The notes beneath the pieces were generated by a model. That model was not told the origin of the DNA. It worked only from the letters and a program-made list of their open reading frames with translations, and made no database searches. Both the position numbers and the translations under genes were made by a program. Shown here piece after piece: positions 11,726 through 23,414 of a stretch of DNA of 64,000 nucleotides. Source of the stretch: Squalus acanthias. Its lineage: Eukaryota. Each line of letters begins with the position of its first letter. Position 1 is the first letter of the stretch. The stretch covers positions 1,860,001 to 1,924,000 of the forward strand of contig JASTWF010000048.1 in the NCBI GenBank assembly GCA_030390025.1. Direction: 5' to 3'.

Positions 11726-12454
11726 GGACAGCGGATTAGATGTATTGCGATTAATGGTTTGCACAAGAGAGACGAGCGAAGTTTTGTAAAAAGAATCTGC
11801 TCTCCCGCCAGCTGCGTGGCGGCTTTATCGAACTCCTGTTCTGTTTGGCTGACAGCTGCAGCCCGCTCACTCCAAGCCCCTTCTCCTTGCAGTCTGATTG
11901 ACAGCTAATGATCCCTCGCCCCGACCCCGCCCCTCCCGGCTTCTCTTCTCTAACGAGGTCGCTCAACCCTGGTAACATGCTGATAAACCGCCCCTTCACC
12001 TCCTCTGCTCAAAGGAGAACAATCCCAGTTTCTCTTGTCTCGCCACACAACTGATGTCCCTCGATGCTGGTAACATTCTGGTACAACTCCTCGGAACCCT
12101 CTTTGAGGCCTTGACAGCTTTTCTAAAAGGTGTTTGGATACAACACTCCATCTGGAGTTCAGGAAAGTTGTTTCTCAATGTTTAATCATGAAAACAAATC
12201 GAACGTTGTTGTCAGAAAGTTGTTGCTCAATTAAATTCTTGCACAGCACCAGAAATAAAGCAGCAAGTTGGAGAATGTTGTAAAGCATTGTGGCGGTGAG
12301 ATGCACTCTGGTGGGTGCTGTTTTTTCAAATAAAGTATCACAAATAATTTACAGAGGACATTCTGCCAACAGGTCCATACCGGTGTTTATGATGCACACG
12401 AGCCTCCTCCAAACCCCATTCATTTAAACCCATCAACATACCGTTCTATTCATA

Positions 12455-15160
12455 AAAACATAAGAAATAGGAGCAGGAGTAGGCCATTTGGTCCTTCGAG
12501 CCTACTCCGCCATTCAATAAGATCATGGCTGATCTTCTACCTCATCCCCACTTTCCTGCACTATCCCCATATCCCTTGATTCCCTTAATATTCAAAAATC
12601 TATGGATCTCTGTCTTGAATATACTCAACAACTGAGCCTCCACAGCCCTCTGGGGTAGATAATTCCAAAAATTCAACACCCTCTGAGTGAAGAAATTTCT
12701 CCTCATCTCTGTTCTAAAAGGCCGAACCCTTATTCAGAGACTGTGACCCCTTAGTTCAAACTTCCATGCCAGGGTAAATCCTCCCTGCATTTAACCTGTT
12801 AAGCCCTGAAAGAATTTTGTATGTTTAAAATCCTTCTCCTTGTGCTTATCTTGTTTCCCCTAAAAAGTGTCTACGCGATTCAACTCGATTATTCCCTGTG
12901 GCAGCGAATTCCACATTCTAACCACTCTCTGGCTAAATATTTTTCTCCTGCATTTCCTATTGGATCGATTAGCGACTATCTTATATTTATGGGCCCTAAT
13001 GCTGGTCTCCTCTGCAAGTGCAAACATCTTCTCTATCTCTACCCCATCAAACCCTTTCATATTCTTAACAATCTCTATCAGGTAACCCCTCAGTATTTTC
13101 GTTTCTAGAGAAAAGAGACACAACATGTCCAATCTTTTCTGATAGTTATAAGCTCTCAGTTCTGATATCATTCTAATAAATATATTTTGCAACTTCTCCA
13201 GTGTCTCTATATTTTTTATATAACATAGAGACCAGAACTGTTCACAGTATTCCAAGTGTGGTCTAACCAAGGTTCTATACAATTTTAACATAACTTCTCT
13301 GCTTTTAAATTCTATCCCTGTAGAAATGAACCCCGTGCTTTGTTTGCTTTTTTTATGAGCTTATTAACCTGTGTCGCTACTTTTAGTGATCTGTGTATCT
13401 TTTCCACCAGATCCCTCTGTTCCTCTGCCCTAATTAGACACTTATTTTCTCAGGAGTGTGTGGCTTCCTTATTCTTCCTACCAAAATGTATTACCTCGAA
13501 CCATTCTATATTGAAATAACAACAGAAAACGCTGGAAAAACTCAGCACGCCAGGCAGCATCCGTGGAGAGAGAAAGAGAGTTAACGTTCCAGGTCGATGA
13601 CCTTTCATCAGAACTGGGAAGAGCAGGAAATCAAATAGATTTAAGGCCAGGGTAAAGCTGGGAAAAGGGGGAGGGGATAAAGGAACAAAGGGGGAGATGA
13701 AGAGACATTAAGAGACATTAAGAGATATGCAAGGCTAGATGTGGTGTTAATGTGAGAAAGATTTAGGCTGAAAGAAGTGTGAAATCCACTGGCAGAATGA
13801 AGGACAGCTGCCAGCTTCTAGGAGGAAAAAAAAGGTGGGGGGGTGGCAAATAAAAGGGTGGAAAAAATAAAATATAAATGTGATTGGAGCTGAGGTTATG
13901 ATCTAAAATTGTTGAACTCGTTATTGAGTCCAGAGGGCTGTAGCGTGCCTAAACGAAAGATGAGGTGCTGTTCCTCGAGCTTACGCTGCGCTTCCGTGGA
14001 ACAATGTAATAGGCCGAGGACGGTGAGGTCAGAGTGGGAGTGAAGCGGTGAATTAAAGTGACAGGCGACCGGGAGCTCTGGGTCCCCCTTACGGACTGAA
14101 CGGAGGTGTTCCGCAAAGCGGTCACCCAATCTGAGTTTGGTCTCCCCAATGTAGAGCAGACCACATCGTGAGCAGCGAATACAGTATACTAAATTGCAGG
14201 AAGTACAAGTAAATCGCTGTTGCACCTGGAAGGGGTGTTTGGGGCCCTGGACAGTGGGAAGAGAGGAGGTATAAGGGCATGTGTTGCATATATATTCTAT
14301 ATTGAAGTTCATTTGTCAATTACGAGCCCATTCTGACAGTGTATTAATGTCTGCCTATATTTGCTGCAGTCCACCTCTGTATTAACTACATCCCCCAATT
14401 TGGTGTCATTCGCAAATTTTAAAATTGGACTTCCGATTCCCGAGTCAAAATCGTTTATGTAAATGGTGAAAAATTGTGGTCCCAGCACCGATCCTTGTGG
14501 AACACCACTTCTCGCTATTTGTCATTCTGAGTAACTACCTTTAACCCCAACTCTCTGTTCCTGTTTGTAGCAAGCTTGCTCTCCATTCTGCTACTTGTAT
14601 TCTGACTCCAAATGTTCTGATCTTAGTCATGAGTCTGATATGAGATTCATAGTCGAAGGCTGTTTGGAAATCCAAATAGCTTACATCTACATCATGACCC
14701 ATATCTACCCTTTCAGTTACGTATTCAAAGAATTCAACAAGGTTGGTCAAGCATGACCTTCCCTTTTGTAATCTTCTTTATCATAGACTCTTAGCTGCTC
14801 TTTCTTATTTTTTCTGTTTCTAGATTTTTTATGAGACCTTTGAGCAAGGATTCCATTATCTTACCTATCACCGACGTTAGGCTAATTGAGCTGTAGTTCC
14901 CTGGACTTGTTCTGTCTCCCTTTCTAAATAAAGCAATTACATTGTCTGCCCGCCAGTCCTCTGGCACTATTCTAATGAATTTATAGAAATGTAATAGTAA
15001 CTTCTTTATGTTTGCGCAGATGTAATCCATCCGGACCAAAGGTTTTATCCTCTCTAAGTTCGAATAGTTTGTAAGTATCTCCCCCCTTTCTATCTTAAAA
15101 GTATTTATATCCTTGTTGATATCTTCTTCTAATTTCATGAACACCAAGTTAGTTTCCCTG
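12455..15160 (-). mobile_element. Decayed CR1 LINE (RT region), interrupted by a Penelope element
   Basis: ORFs 14791-15147 (PEDWRADNVIALFRKGDRTSPGNYSSISLTSVIGK), 14541-14750 (YLDFQTAFD) and 12860-13291 (LYRTLVRPHLEYC). Confidence 0.9.
13516..14293 (-). mobile_element. 5'-truncated Penelope-like element (GIY-YIG endonuclease)
   Basis: ORF 13896-14312 (FTCTSCNLVYCIRCSRCGLLYIGETKLRLGDRFAEH). Flanked by the 13-bp direct repeat attctatattgaa (13503-13515 and 14294-14306). Confidence 0.9.
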
Positions 15161-16224
15161 GTAATTACGGACCAGACCAGGTTCAGCCTTAAATTAAGGT
15201 CAGTTTCATTCGCACAGCGTCAGAGGCGGAAGTCGCATCAAACAGTTGCAATCGCTTCTATATTAACTCAACAAAATTCACAGCAAAAGTTAATACTGGG
15301 CCAGAGAATTTAGCATCTGATTTCGATGGCATTTGAATTAAAATAAAGTTAAATGCCTNNNNNNNNNNNNNNNNNNNNNNNNNNNNNNNNNNNNNNNNNN
15401 NNNNNNNNNNNNNNNNNNNNNNNNNNNNNNNNNNNNNNNNNNNNNNNNNNNNNNNNNNNNNNNNNNNNNNNNNNNNNNNNNNNNNNNNNNNNNNNNNNNN
15501 NNNNNNNNNNNNNCATTGTCGGGAATTGGAAAGGATATCGAATCTGCGGATTGGATCATTAAGGGGAATTTTAGTTCTGCTGCGGCATTGCTCATTCGGT
15601 GACAAATCAGAATGTGGCGTTGGCTTCAATGGAGCAACATCGCCAGGTAGAGACCAGAACGTGCAACTACAAGCAACTAGGACTTGGTGATTTTTCCCAG
15701 TGCAACCAAGTACGTCAGTCTTTTCAAGACTAATCTTGAAATAGATCCGCCTTCCAACTTTCTCCTCTGCTTCAGATACTTACATTTGCTACATTGATTA
15801 AAATAGAATGTCCAGTACACAGTCAGGCATTCGGCCGAATTCATCTGTGCAGGTGTTTATGCTCCACACGACCCTTCTCCCACCTCTCTTCATCTCACCC
15901 TTTCAGCATATCCTTGTTTTCCTTTCTCCCTCGTATGTTTATCAAGATTGCCCTTAGAGCATCTTTGCTATTTACCTCAACTATTCACTGCGGTAGCGAG
16001 TTCCACACACTCTGTGGAAAGAAGTATCTCCTGAATTCCTTTTTGGATGTATTCTTGACTATTATATTAAACTTGATTTGGTCTCCCCCACAAGTGAAAA
16101 CATCTTCTCCTGGTCTAACCTTTCAAACATTTCATAATTGTAAAGCCCTCTATTAATCATCCTTCAGTCTTCTCATTCTAGAGTCTTTGCTGGTAGATTT
16201 AATCACACCGTACTCTTAAAGTGA

Positions 16225-17130
16225 GGTCCAACCAAGTTATATGGAGACCAGTACTGTGTACAATGCTCCATGTGCAGTCTAACCAAGGTATATGGAGACC
16301 AGAACGGTGCACAGTGCTCCAAGGGTTGTCTACCAAGATATATGGAGAACGGAAGTGTACACAGTGCTCGAAGTGTGATGTAACCAAGGTATATGGAGAC
16401 CAGAACTGTGCACAGTACTCTAAGTGTGGTCTAACCAAGGTATATGGAGACCAGAACTGTGCACAGTTCTCCATGTGTGGTCTAACCAAGGTATATGGAG
16501 ACCAAAACTGTGCAGAGTGCTCCAAGTGTGGTCTAACCAAGGTATGCAGAGACCAGAACTGTGCACAGTGCTCTAAGTGTGGTCTAACCAAGGTATATGG
16601 AGACCAGAACTGTGCACAGTGCTCCATGTGTGGTCTAACCAAGTTATATGGAGACCAGAACAGTGCACAGTACTCTAAGTGTGGTCTAACCATGGTATAT
16701 GGAGACCAGAACTGTGCACAGGGCTCCAAGTGTTGTCTAACCAAGGTATATGGAGACCAGTTCTGAGGACAGTGCTCCACGTGTGGTCTAACTGTGGTAT
16801 ATGGAGATCATAACCGTGCACAGTGCACCAAGTGTGGTCTACCAAGGTATATGGAGACCGTAACTGTACACAGTGCTCGAAGTGTGGTCTAAGCAAGGTA
16901 TATGGTGACCAGAACTTTGCACAGTGCTCCTAATGTGCTCTAATCAAGCTATATGGAGACCAGAACTGTGCACAGTGCTCCAAGTGTGACCTAACCAAGG
17001 GAAATGGAGACCATAACTGTGCACAGAGCGCCAAGTGTGATCTAACTAAGGTATATGGAGACCAGAAATTCGCACAGTGCTCCAAGTGTGAACTAACCAA
17101 TCTATATGGTGTCCAGAACTGTGCACGGGG
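16225..17130. repeat. 51-bp minisatellite derived from CR1 ORF2, about 17-18 copies
   Basis: Unit ccaaggtatatggagaccagaactgtgcacagtgctccaagtgtggtctaa, translating to repeats of TLVRPHLEHCAQFWSPY. Matches CR1 at 13230-13272. Confidence 0.95.
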
Positions 17131-18263
17131 CGCTGTTCCCTATAAATTTACAGGAGTTTGAGAGCATGTTGTGTGAGGTCATTTGTCTGAGTGCCACGTG
17201 ACTCTGAAGCACGATATCCCATCAGCAGCTGCACAGAAATACACCACCACATCTGTGCCTTTAATGCTTTCGATCATCAGGGAGGATTTCCTATTCTCTC
17301 TAGTCCTCGTCGTAGCAAATCCGCTCTTAAAACACTGAAGATACTGAGCTTCACTTCATCAATGAATGGATCTGAGTAACACTTCTCGCCGGCGGGCGGA
17401 CGATAACACAGCACGTTATTGCGAAGCGTTCTGTTCTGCTCACAGTTCAGTTCGGTGCATCCTCGCTCGATGAGTCATTGATGCACCACATCGGCCGGTG
17501 AACCAACTGGAAACAGGAATGGCTGGGAAAGAATTAGGACGGTTTGCGTTATACTTGCGACGGTAGATGCCAGAGTTGCACTAAATTACCGATGGAAATT
17601 AAGGCTCGCTCCTAATTTCCTACAAGCACCTGGGAAAACGCAGCTGTAAAATACAACGTAAAACTCTGCAAACACGCATCTGGGTGAAAATATTAAAAGG
17701 TTAGACTAATAGTAATGACATTTGTGGTCCAAAAAATGAACATATTTTAGAGCCAACTATCTTATATTAAATCATTGACTGCCTGTATATCATTTCATAG
17801 CGGTGACATTAACGAACTGCATTATTTAGATCGTCATTTATCGGTTTTAGTTGATCAAGTCTAAAACATTGAGATCGAGTGAATTTTAACATCCTCATTG
17901 CCAGTAAGAAAAGAGCGCAGACAAGGATATTGACTCACATATTTCAGGGGATCTAAGACACCTTTCTTTCTTTCTTTATTTCCTTTCTTCCTTCTGTCCT
18001 TCTTTCCTTCTTTCTTTCCTTCTTTCTTTCCTTCTTTCCTTCTGGCATTCTTTCCTTCTATCTTTCCTTCTTTCTTTCCTCCTTTCTTTGATTCTTTCTT
18101 TCTGTCTCTCATTTCCTCGCACCTTCTCTTATTTCCTGTCATTCTGCCCTTGTTAAACGTGCAAGAATCGTGTGTAACCAGGTGGAAATAGCCGGTGCAG
18201 CGTGCATATATTAGCCATTGTCACAGCTCTTGTTATTCAGGGAGTTGGGTTGTTCACTCTGCT

Positions 18264-18302
18264 GGTTTTTGTACTGGCACTCGCGCAGTCTGCAGCGCTG
18301 TG
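18264..18302 (-). other. 23-RSS of V5
   Basis: CACAGCG - 23 bp - ACAAAAACC. Confidence 0.95.
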
Positions 18303-19198
18303 CTCACTGGCTGCACAGTAATACACGGCTGTATCCGCAGCCTTCACCTTGAAGATCTTCAGGGTGCACTTTTTATCCTCGGGTCTTATAATCTCGACCT
18401 CCTTCTCAAAGTTTTCTTCAAAAGTGGCTGGAATTCCAGTACGAGAATATGCTATAAGGTTGAGGCTCTGACCGGCGTACTGCCGATACCACAGCATGAC
18501 AGTCTTGCTGCTGTCGTTCTGGTAACAGTTTAATTCTACTGGTTCACCTTTATTTATTGTTACTGTACTTGGCCATTGGTGTATCACCTCTGCGAATGAT
18601 TTACCTTAAACAATAAGGAGAACGTTTAAGTAGTTCAGTGCATCATGTAACATATGATAGANNNNNNNNNNNNNNNNNNNNNNNNNNNNNNNNNNNNNNN
18701 NNNNNNNNNNNNNNNNNNNNNNNNNNNNNNNNNNNNNNNNNNNNNNNNNNNNNNNNNNNNNNNNNNNNNNNNNNNNNNNNNNNNNNNNNNNNNNNNNNNN
18801 NNNNNNNNNNNNNNNNNNNNNNNNNNNNNNNNNNNNNNNNNNNNNNNNNNNNNNNNNNNNNNNTTTCAGCCAGACAAATTGAACTAGAATTATAGAAAAT
18901 TTACCATTAAAAAGACAATTTTCTATTCGAGTTACGAAAATATAGTTAAGAAAACTATTTTAAATTTAATTTAATTAAGACAAGTTATTCACAAACATAT
19001 TCCGTTCAATTATCAAGTTAAATTACAAAGGTTACGCAACAGTTAATAAGTTATGTTACGGCATGAGAATACCATTGGCAGAAAGAGTTAATAGTGATGA
19101 AAACACAAATAACATTTTAGCGCATGTATCGTTATAAACGAAGAATACTTACATGGAAACAGCGGCCAGAGGATAATGAAGAGAATGTCTAATTGCAT
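18303..19198 (-). CDS. TRBV: TCR V segment V5 (family C), functional
   Basis: Leader 19153-19198 (MQLDILFIILWPLFP). V exon 18303-18604: EVIHQWP..LNCYQNDSSKTVMLWYRQYAGQSLNLIAYS..DTAVYYCAASE. Resembles mammalian TRBV20/29. TGACATCA at 19271-19278 upstream. Confidence 0.92.
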
Positions 19199-20547
19199 CC
19201 TGCAAGCTGGGGGCTGAATCCGCTACTGGACAAACTGCAGGCAGCTGAAGTTAAAACTGTCAGCCGTAAATGACATCACGAGAAGTTATGTTCCCTTTCG
19301 ACCCGTGACTTCCTGAATGACATAATATTCAGACCACCTGGTCTAAAGCTGAATGAGACAGCAACGAGTTCTGGTCCCTGCGGGTGACATTGTATGTGTC
19401 TGTCTGATGTTGGATGGGGCGAGTTGGGCAACTGGCTCAGTTGCCTAGACGATTGGATCGCTTTGTGGTCGAGTTCCAGCGATCTGTCCTGCTATGGAGC
19501 TCTTCCAGTTCCTTGTACGATGCAGGAAGAGAGGGCGAGTAAATGTGATGAGAAATGTGTTTTGACTTGGACGGTTAATTACTAGGGGCTGCTCCTTTGA
19601 ACGACCCGTTTCCCTCCTGTAATCTCTATGCCTGAATGGAAGTGGTTTGGTCCAGAGGGAGTTCTACTGTGGGGTTCCCCGAGCTTTAGAAATCAGTGTC
19701 TAAGCTGTAATAACCCAACACGGCAGCAGGTCCATTGGAAACACAATCACCTCCAAGTCTCCCTCCAGGTCACATACACACCGTCCCAATTTGGACATAA
19801 ATCGGCCGTTCCTTCAGCGACGATGGGTCAACATCCTGGAACCCCCTTCCGAACAACGCTGTGGGGGCACCTTCGCCAACGGGACAGCAGCGGCTCAAGA
19901 GAAGGCCCACCACCACCTTTTCAAGGGACAACTCGGGATGGGCTATCAATCTCGGTCTTGCCAGCGACGTCCACATCCCGAGAATGAATACAAAGAAAAT
20001 AATCTTTATTTAACTCAAACTTTCTGATATTTTTTGATACTAGCGCTGTTCAGCAATTTAGCCCTTGCACCTTCACTTAACTTTCGCATAAAAACGTGGG
20101 GTGTTTATGTTTGATAAAAAGGATTTCATAGGGTAGATGGAGAGAAATTATTTGCTCCGATGGGAAATTCCAGAAAAATGTAAAATAAACTTAGAGCTCT
20201 GCTCTCCTGGGATGATGTCAGGAAGCACTTATTCAGACAAAATTAGGTGGAAATCAGAGACGGTCTCCCCAAACAGCTGTTGAGGCTGGGGGTAAATTGA
20301 AAAATGTCAAAACTGATACGAATAGATTTTTGTTAGGCAAAGGTATTAAGGATTTTGAAACCAAGCCGAGGAGATGCAGTTAAGATACAGATCAGCCATG
20401 ATCAAATTGAATGGAGGAACAGACTCGAGGGGCCACTGGTCTACTCCTATTCCTATGTAACAGGCTCGAGGGGCCAACTGGTCTACTCCTATTCCTATAT
20501 TGTTATGAGTCTGCAAGTTTTAATGCAGGCTTCCTCTTGTTATACCA

Positions 20548-20565
20548 GAGCTCCCCCTAGCGGTG
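20548..20565 (-). promoter_or_regulatory. CTCF motif downstream of V6 RSS
   Basis: rc CACCGCTAGGGGGAGCTC. Confidence 0.55.
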
Positions 20566-20782
20566 CCTGATAGAAGTTGATTACATTGAAATGACAGCCG
20601 CGTTGAACAGGGCAAACTCGTATCCCCCAAGTATAATGATAACCCAACGTCTGTTTTCAGGAAGGAATTAACTGGTTCAACACAAATGAATATTATAACA
20701 GCGGATAGATGAATGTCGTGCGCGTTAAGCGTGCGACGGTAGGTGTGAGATTTCCGGCATCTTTCTGTTCGTTGTTATATTG

Positions 20783-20821
20783 AGTTTTTGAACCGGCTCT
20801 GCGCTTGTTTGCATCGCTGTG
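20783..20821 (-). other. 23-RSS of V6
   Basis: CACAGCG - 23 bp - TCAAAAACT. Confidence 0.9.
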
Positions 20822-21740
20822 CTGTGTAGTAGCGCAGTAATAGGCCGCCGTGTCAGTCGGCTCAGCGCTCAGTATTTTCAGCCTGCAGGACTTAGTATCA
20901 GGTCTCTTTAATTCAAACCTCTCCTTGAATCCATCCTCATGTGTTGGCTCGCTGCCGGATACCGAGGCCGCCATGAGCTGCAACCCTGTCCCGCTGTACT
21001 GCCGGTACCAGTACATCCTTGCATTGCTGGTGTCGTTCTGGTAACAGTGCATTTCCACCTGTTGACCCATTCCAACGGACAACCATCTCCCCCACTGGTG
21101 GACGATGGAACATCTAGATGGGGCTGAAGAACAACAATGAAAGGGGATACAAAGAGGTGCCAAATTGAAATCAGAAATGTGGGACAAGTGTTTCATCAAA
21201 TCCGAGAAAAGCTGACTGAACGATGGGTGTTGGATTAAATACATGGCCCGATGTAGCACCGACCCATTCAGACCAGGAAAACTCCAGGATCAGCTTCGGC
21301 CTGTCCTGGGCCAATATTTATCCCTCAAACACTATCACTAAACAAAAACAGATGAACTGGTCATTATCATATTGCTGTTTGTGTGAGCTTGCTGTGCGCA
21401 AATTGGCTACCTGCGCTTCGTATATTATAACAGTGACTACACTCTAAAAGTTGTAAAGCACTTTGGAACATCCTGAGCTCGTGAAGGGCGCTATAGAAAT
21501 GCAATTTCCTTCCTTCCTTTATTCCGGTCTTTTCTGAGTTAGAGGTGGGACTGGGGCGTGATGCTCCCTGTTCTTATTAGAATCCGGACTGCTATCAAAC
21601 TAAAGCAGAGCAACCGCGACAGGAACAATCACAATTTGAGAAGTCACAAGTGAGTTGACAACTGAAAAAATCCCACCACAGCGAAAATACTTACATAAGA
21701 GAAACAGGAAAAGGGAACACACCAAAGTGGTAGAGGTCAT
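20822..21740 (-). CDS. TRBV: TCR V segment V6 (family C), functional
   Basis: Leader 21695-21740 (MTSTTLVCSLFLFLL). V exon 20822-21123: IVHQW..MHCYQNDTSNARMYWYRQYSGTGLQLMAAS..DTAAYYCATTQ. Confidence 0.9.
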
Positions 21741-22224
21741 GCTGTCAGGCGTTCAGCAGATGATGTGTCCTCGTATTCACTCCTCTGTCAACTACCCCAA
21801 GCTGCTACTTCCGCCTCCGTTTCTTTTGTCTGGTAATCAGGAAGCGACATCACCGTCCAGCGGAAGAAACTCTATTTGTCCTTGCATGTTTTTTAGCGGC
21901 TTGATGCGGTAACTGTAGACAACGGAATGTACCTAAGATTTAACTAATTCGCTCTCAGTCGCGGTGCACTTTATACATCTGTGAAATAGTTTCATTTCCT
22001 ATGTTTCAACCCGACGATTGCCTTGACAAAATAAAGCAGTAAAAATACAATTGAGATAAAATTGATATTTTTATAATTATATTATTATATATATATCAAA
22101 AATTCTGACTGACATGTTAAGGATTTTGTTTTGACAACAAAAATTTGCTACTGACTCTGCAAAGAATTACATAGTATTTGGCAATGGGACAAAAAATCAA
22201 GTCTTTCGGCAATTCAGAACCTCT

Positions 22225-22870
22225 CTGACAGTACAGCACTCCCTCAGTACTGCATCCGCTACACTGCAGCGCTTCCTCATTACTGCCCCTACGACACTGC
22301 AGTGCTCCCTCAGTACTGCTCCCTCCAACATTACAGCACTAACTCAGTACTACCCCTCCCACAGTGCAGCCCTCCTCAGTACTACCTCTCTGACAGTACA
22401 GCACTCCCTCAGTACTGCACTTCCAACAGTGCAGCCCTCCCTCATTACTGTCCCTACGACAGTGCAGCGCTCCCTCAGTTCTTCCCCTCCGACAGTGCAA
22501 CGCTCACTCAGTACAGCCCTTCCGAGAGTGCAGTGCTCCCTCAGTACTGTCCCTCCGACAGTGCAGCACTCCATCAGTACTACCCCCTGAGATTGCAGCG
22601 CTCCCTCAGTACTGCCCCTCCGACAGTGCGGCGCTCCCTCACTACTGCCCTCCGACAGTGCCGCGCTCCCTCAGTACTCCCCCTCCGACAGTGCAGCGCT
22701 CCCTCAGTAATGTCCTTCCGACAGTGCGGCGCTCCCTCAGTACTGCCCCTCCGACAGTGTGGCGCTCCCTCAGTACTGCCCCTCCGAGAGTGCGGCGCTC
22801 CCTCAGTACTGCCCCTCCGACAGTGCGGTGCTCCCTCAGTACTGCCCCTCCCACAGTGCAACCTTCTCTC
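22225..22870. repeat. 33-bp SINE-derived minisatellite
   Basis: Unit cagtactgcccctccgacagtgcagcgctccct. Confidence 0.95.
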
Positions 22871-23414
22871 AGTGTTGGCATCCAGCGAGTGTCAGCTGGA
22901 TGCTGGGGCTTACATGACTGGAGTGGGATTTGAACCCACGACATATCGACTCAGAGGGCGAGCATGGTATTCTGATTGGTGCCTGCAGCTCATCAAAGAA
23001 GACACATATCCCAGCAAGCATCTGATCTGCATTCTTTGACCTTTATATAAGCTTTGGTCATATGCCTAAGATGTTATCAGTTCACCAATCTTTAAATGAG
23101 AACAGATGCACTGTTTACTGTTTCTTGTCCAACTATTGGTACGTTCACTAGGATTTGAGGATGCAAATTGAAGGTTTGAAGAAAAGGTCCGCTTTTTCCT
23201 GCAAATCTTTTCACGTCTGGACATCTCGTCACGTGATGTCGTTCCATGGATCCCACGGCTATTAATGGAAATAGAGCAGAGGACTTCTCCCCAATGTCCT
23301 GGTCAATATTTATCTGTCAACCAACTTCTCCGAAAAAACTGATTATCTGGTCATTCATCTCATTGCTGTTTGTTGGATCTTGCTGTGCGCTGATTGGCTA
23401 TTACCCCATCATAG

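Noticed and set aside
16199-16896. Cys-rich repetitive ORFs or a CRISPR-like array
   Set aside because: These are translations of a head-to-tail 51-bp repeat derived from CR1. There are no unique spacers and the context is eukaryotic.
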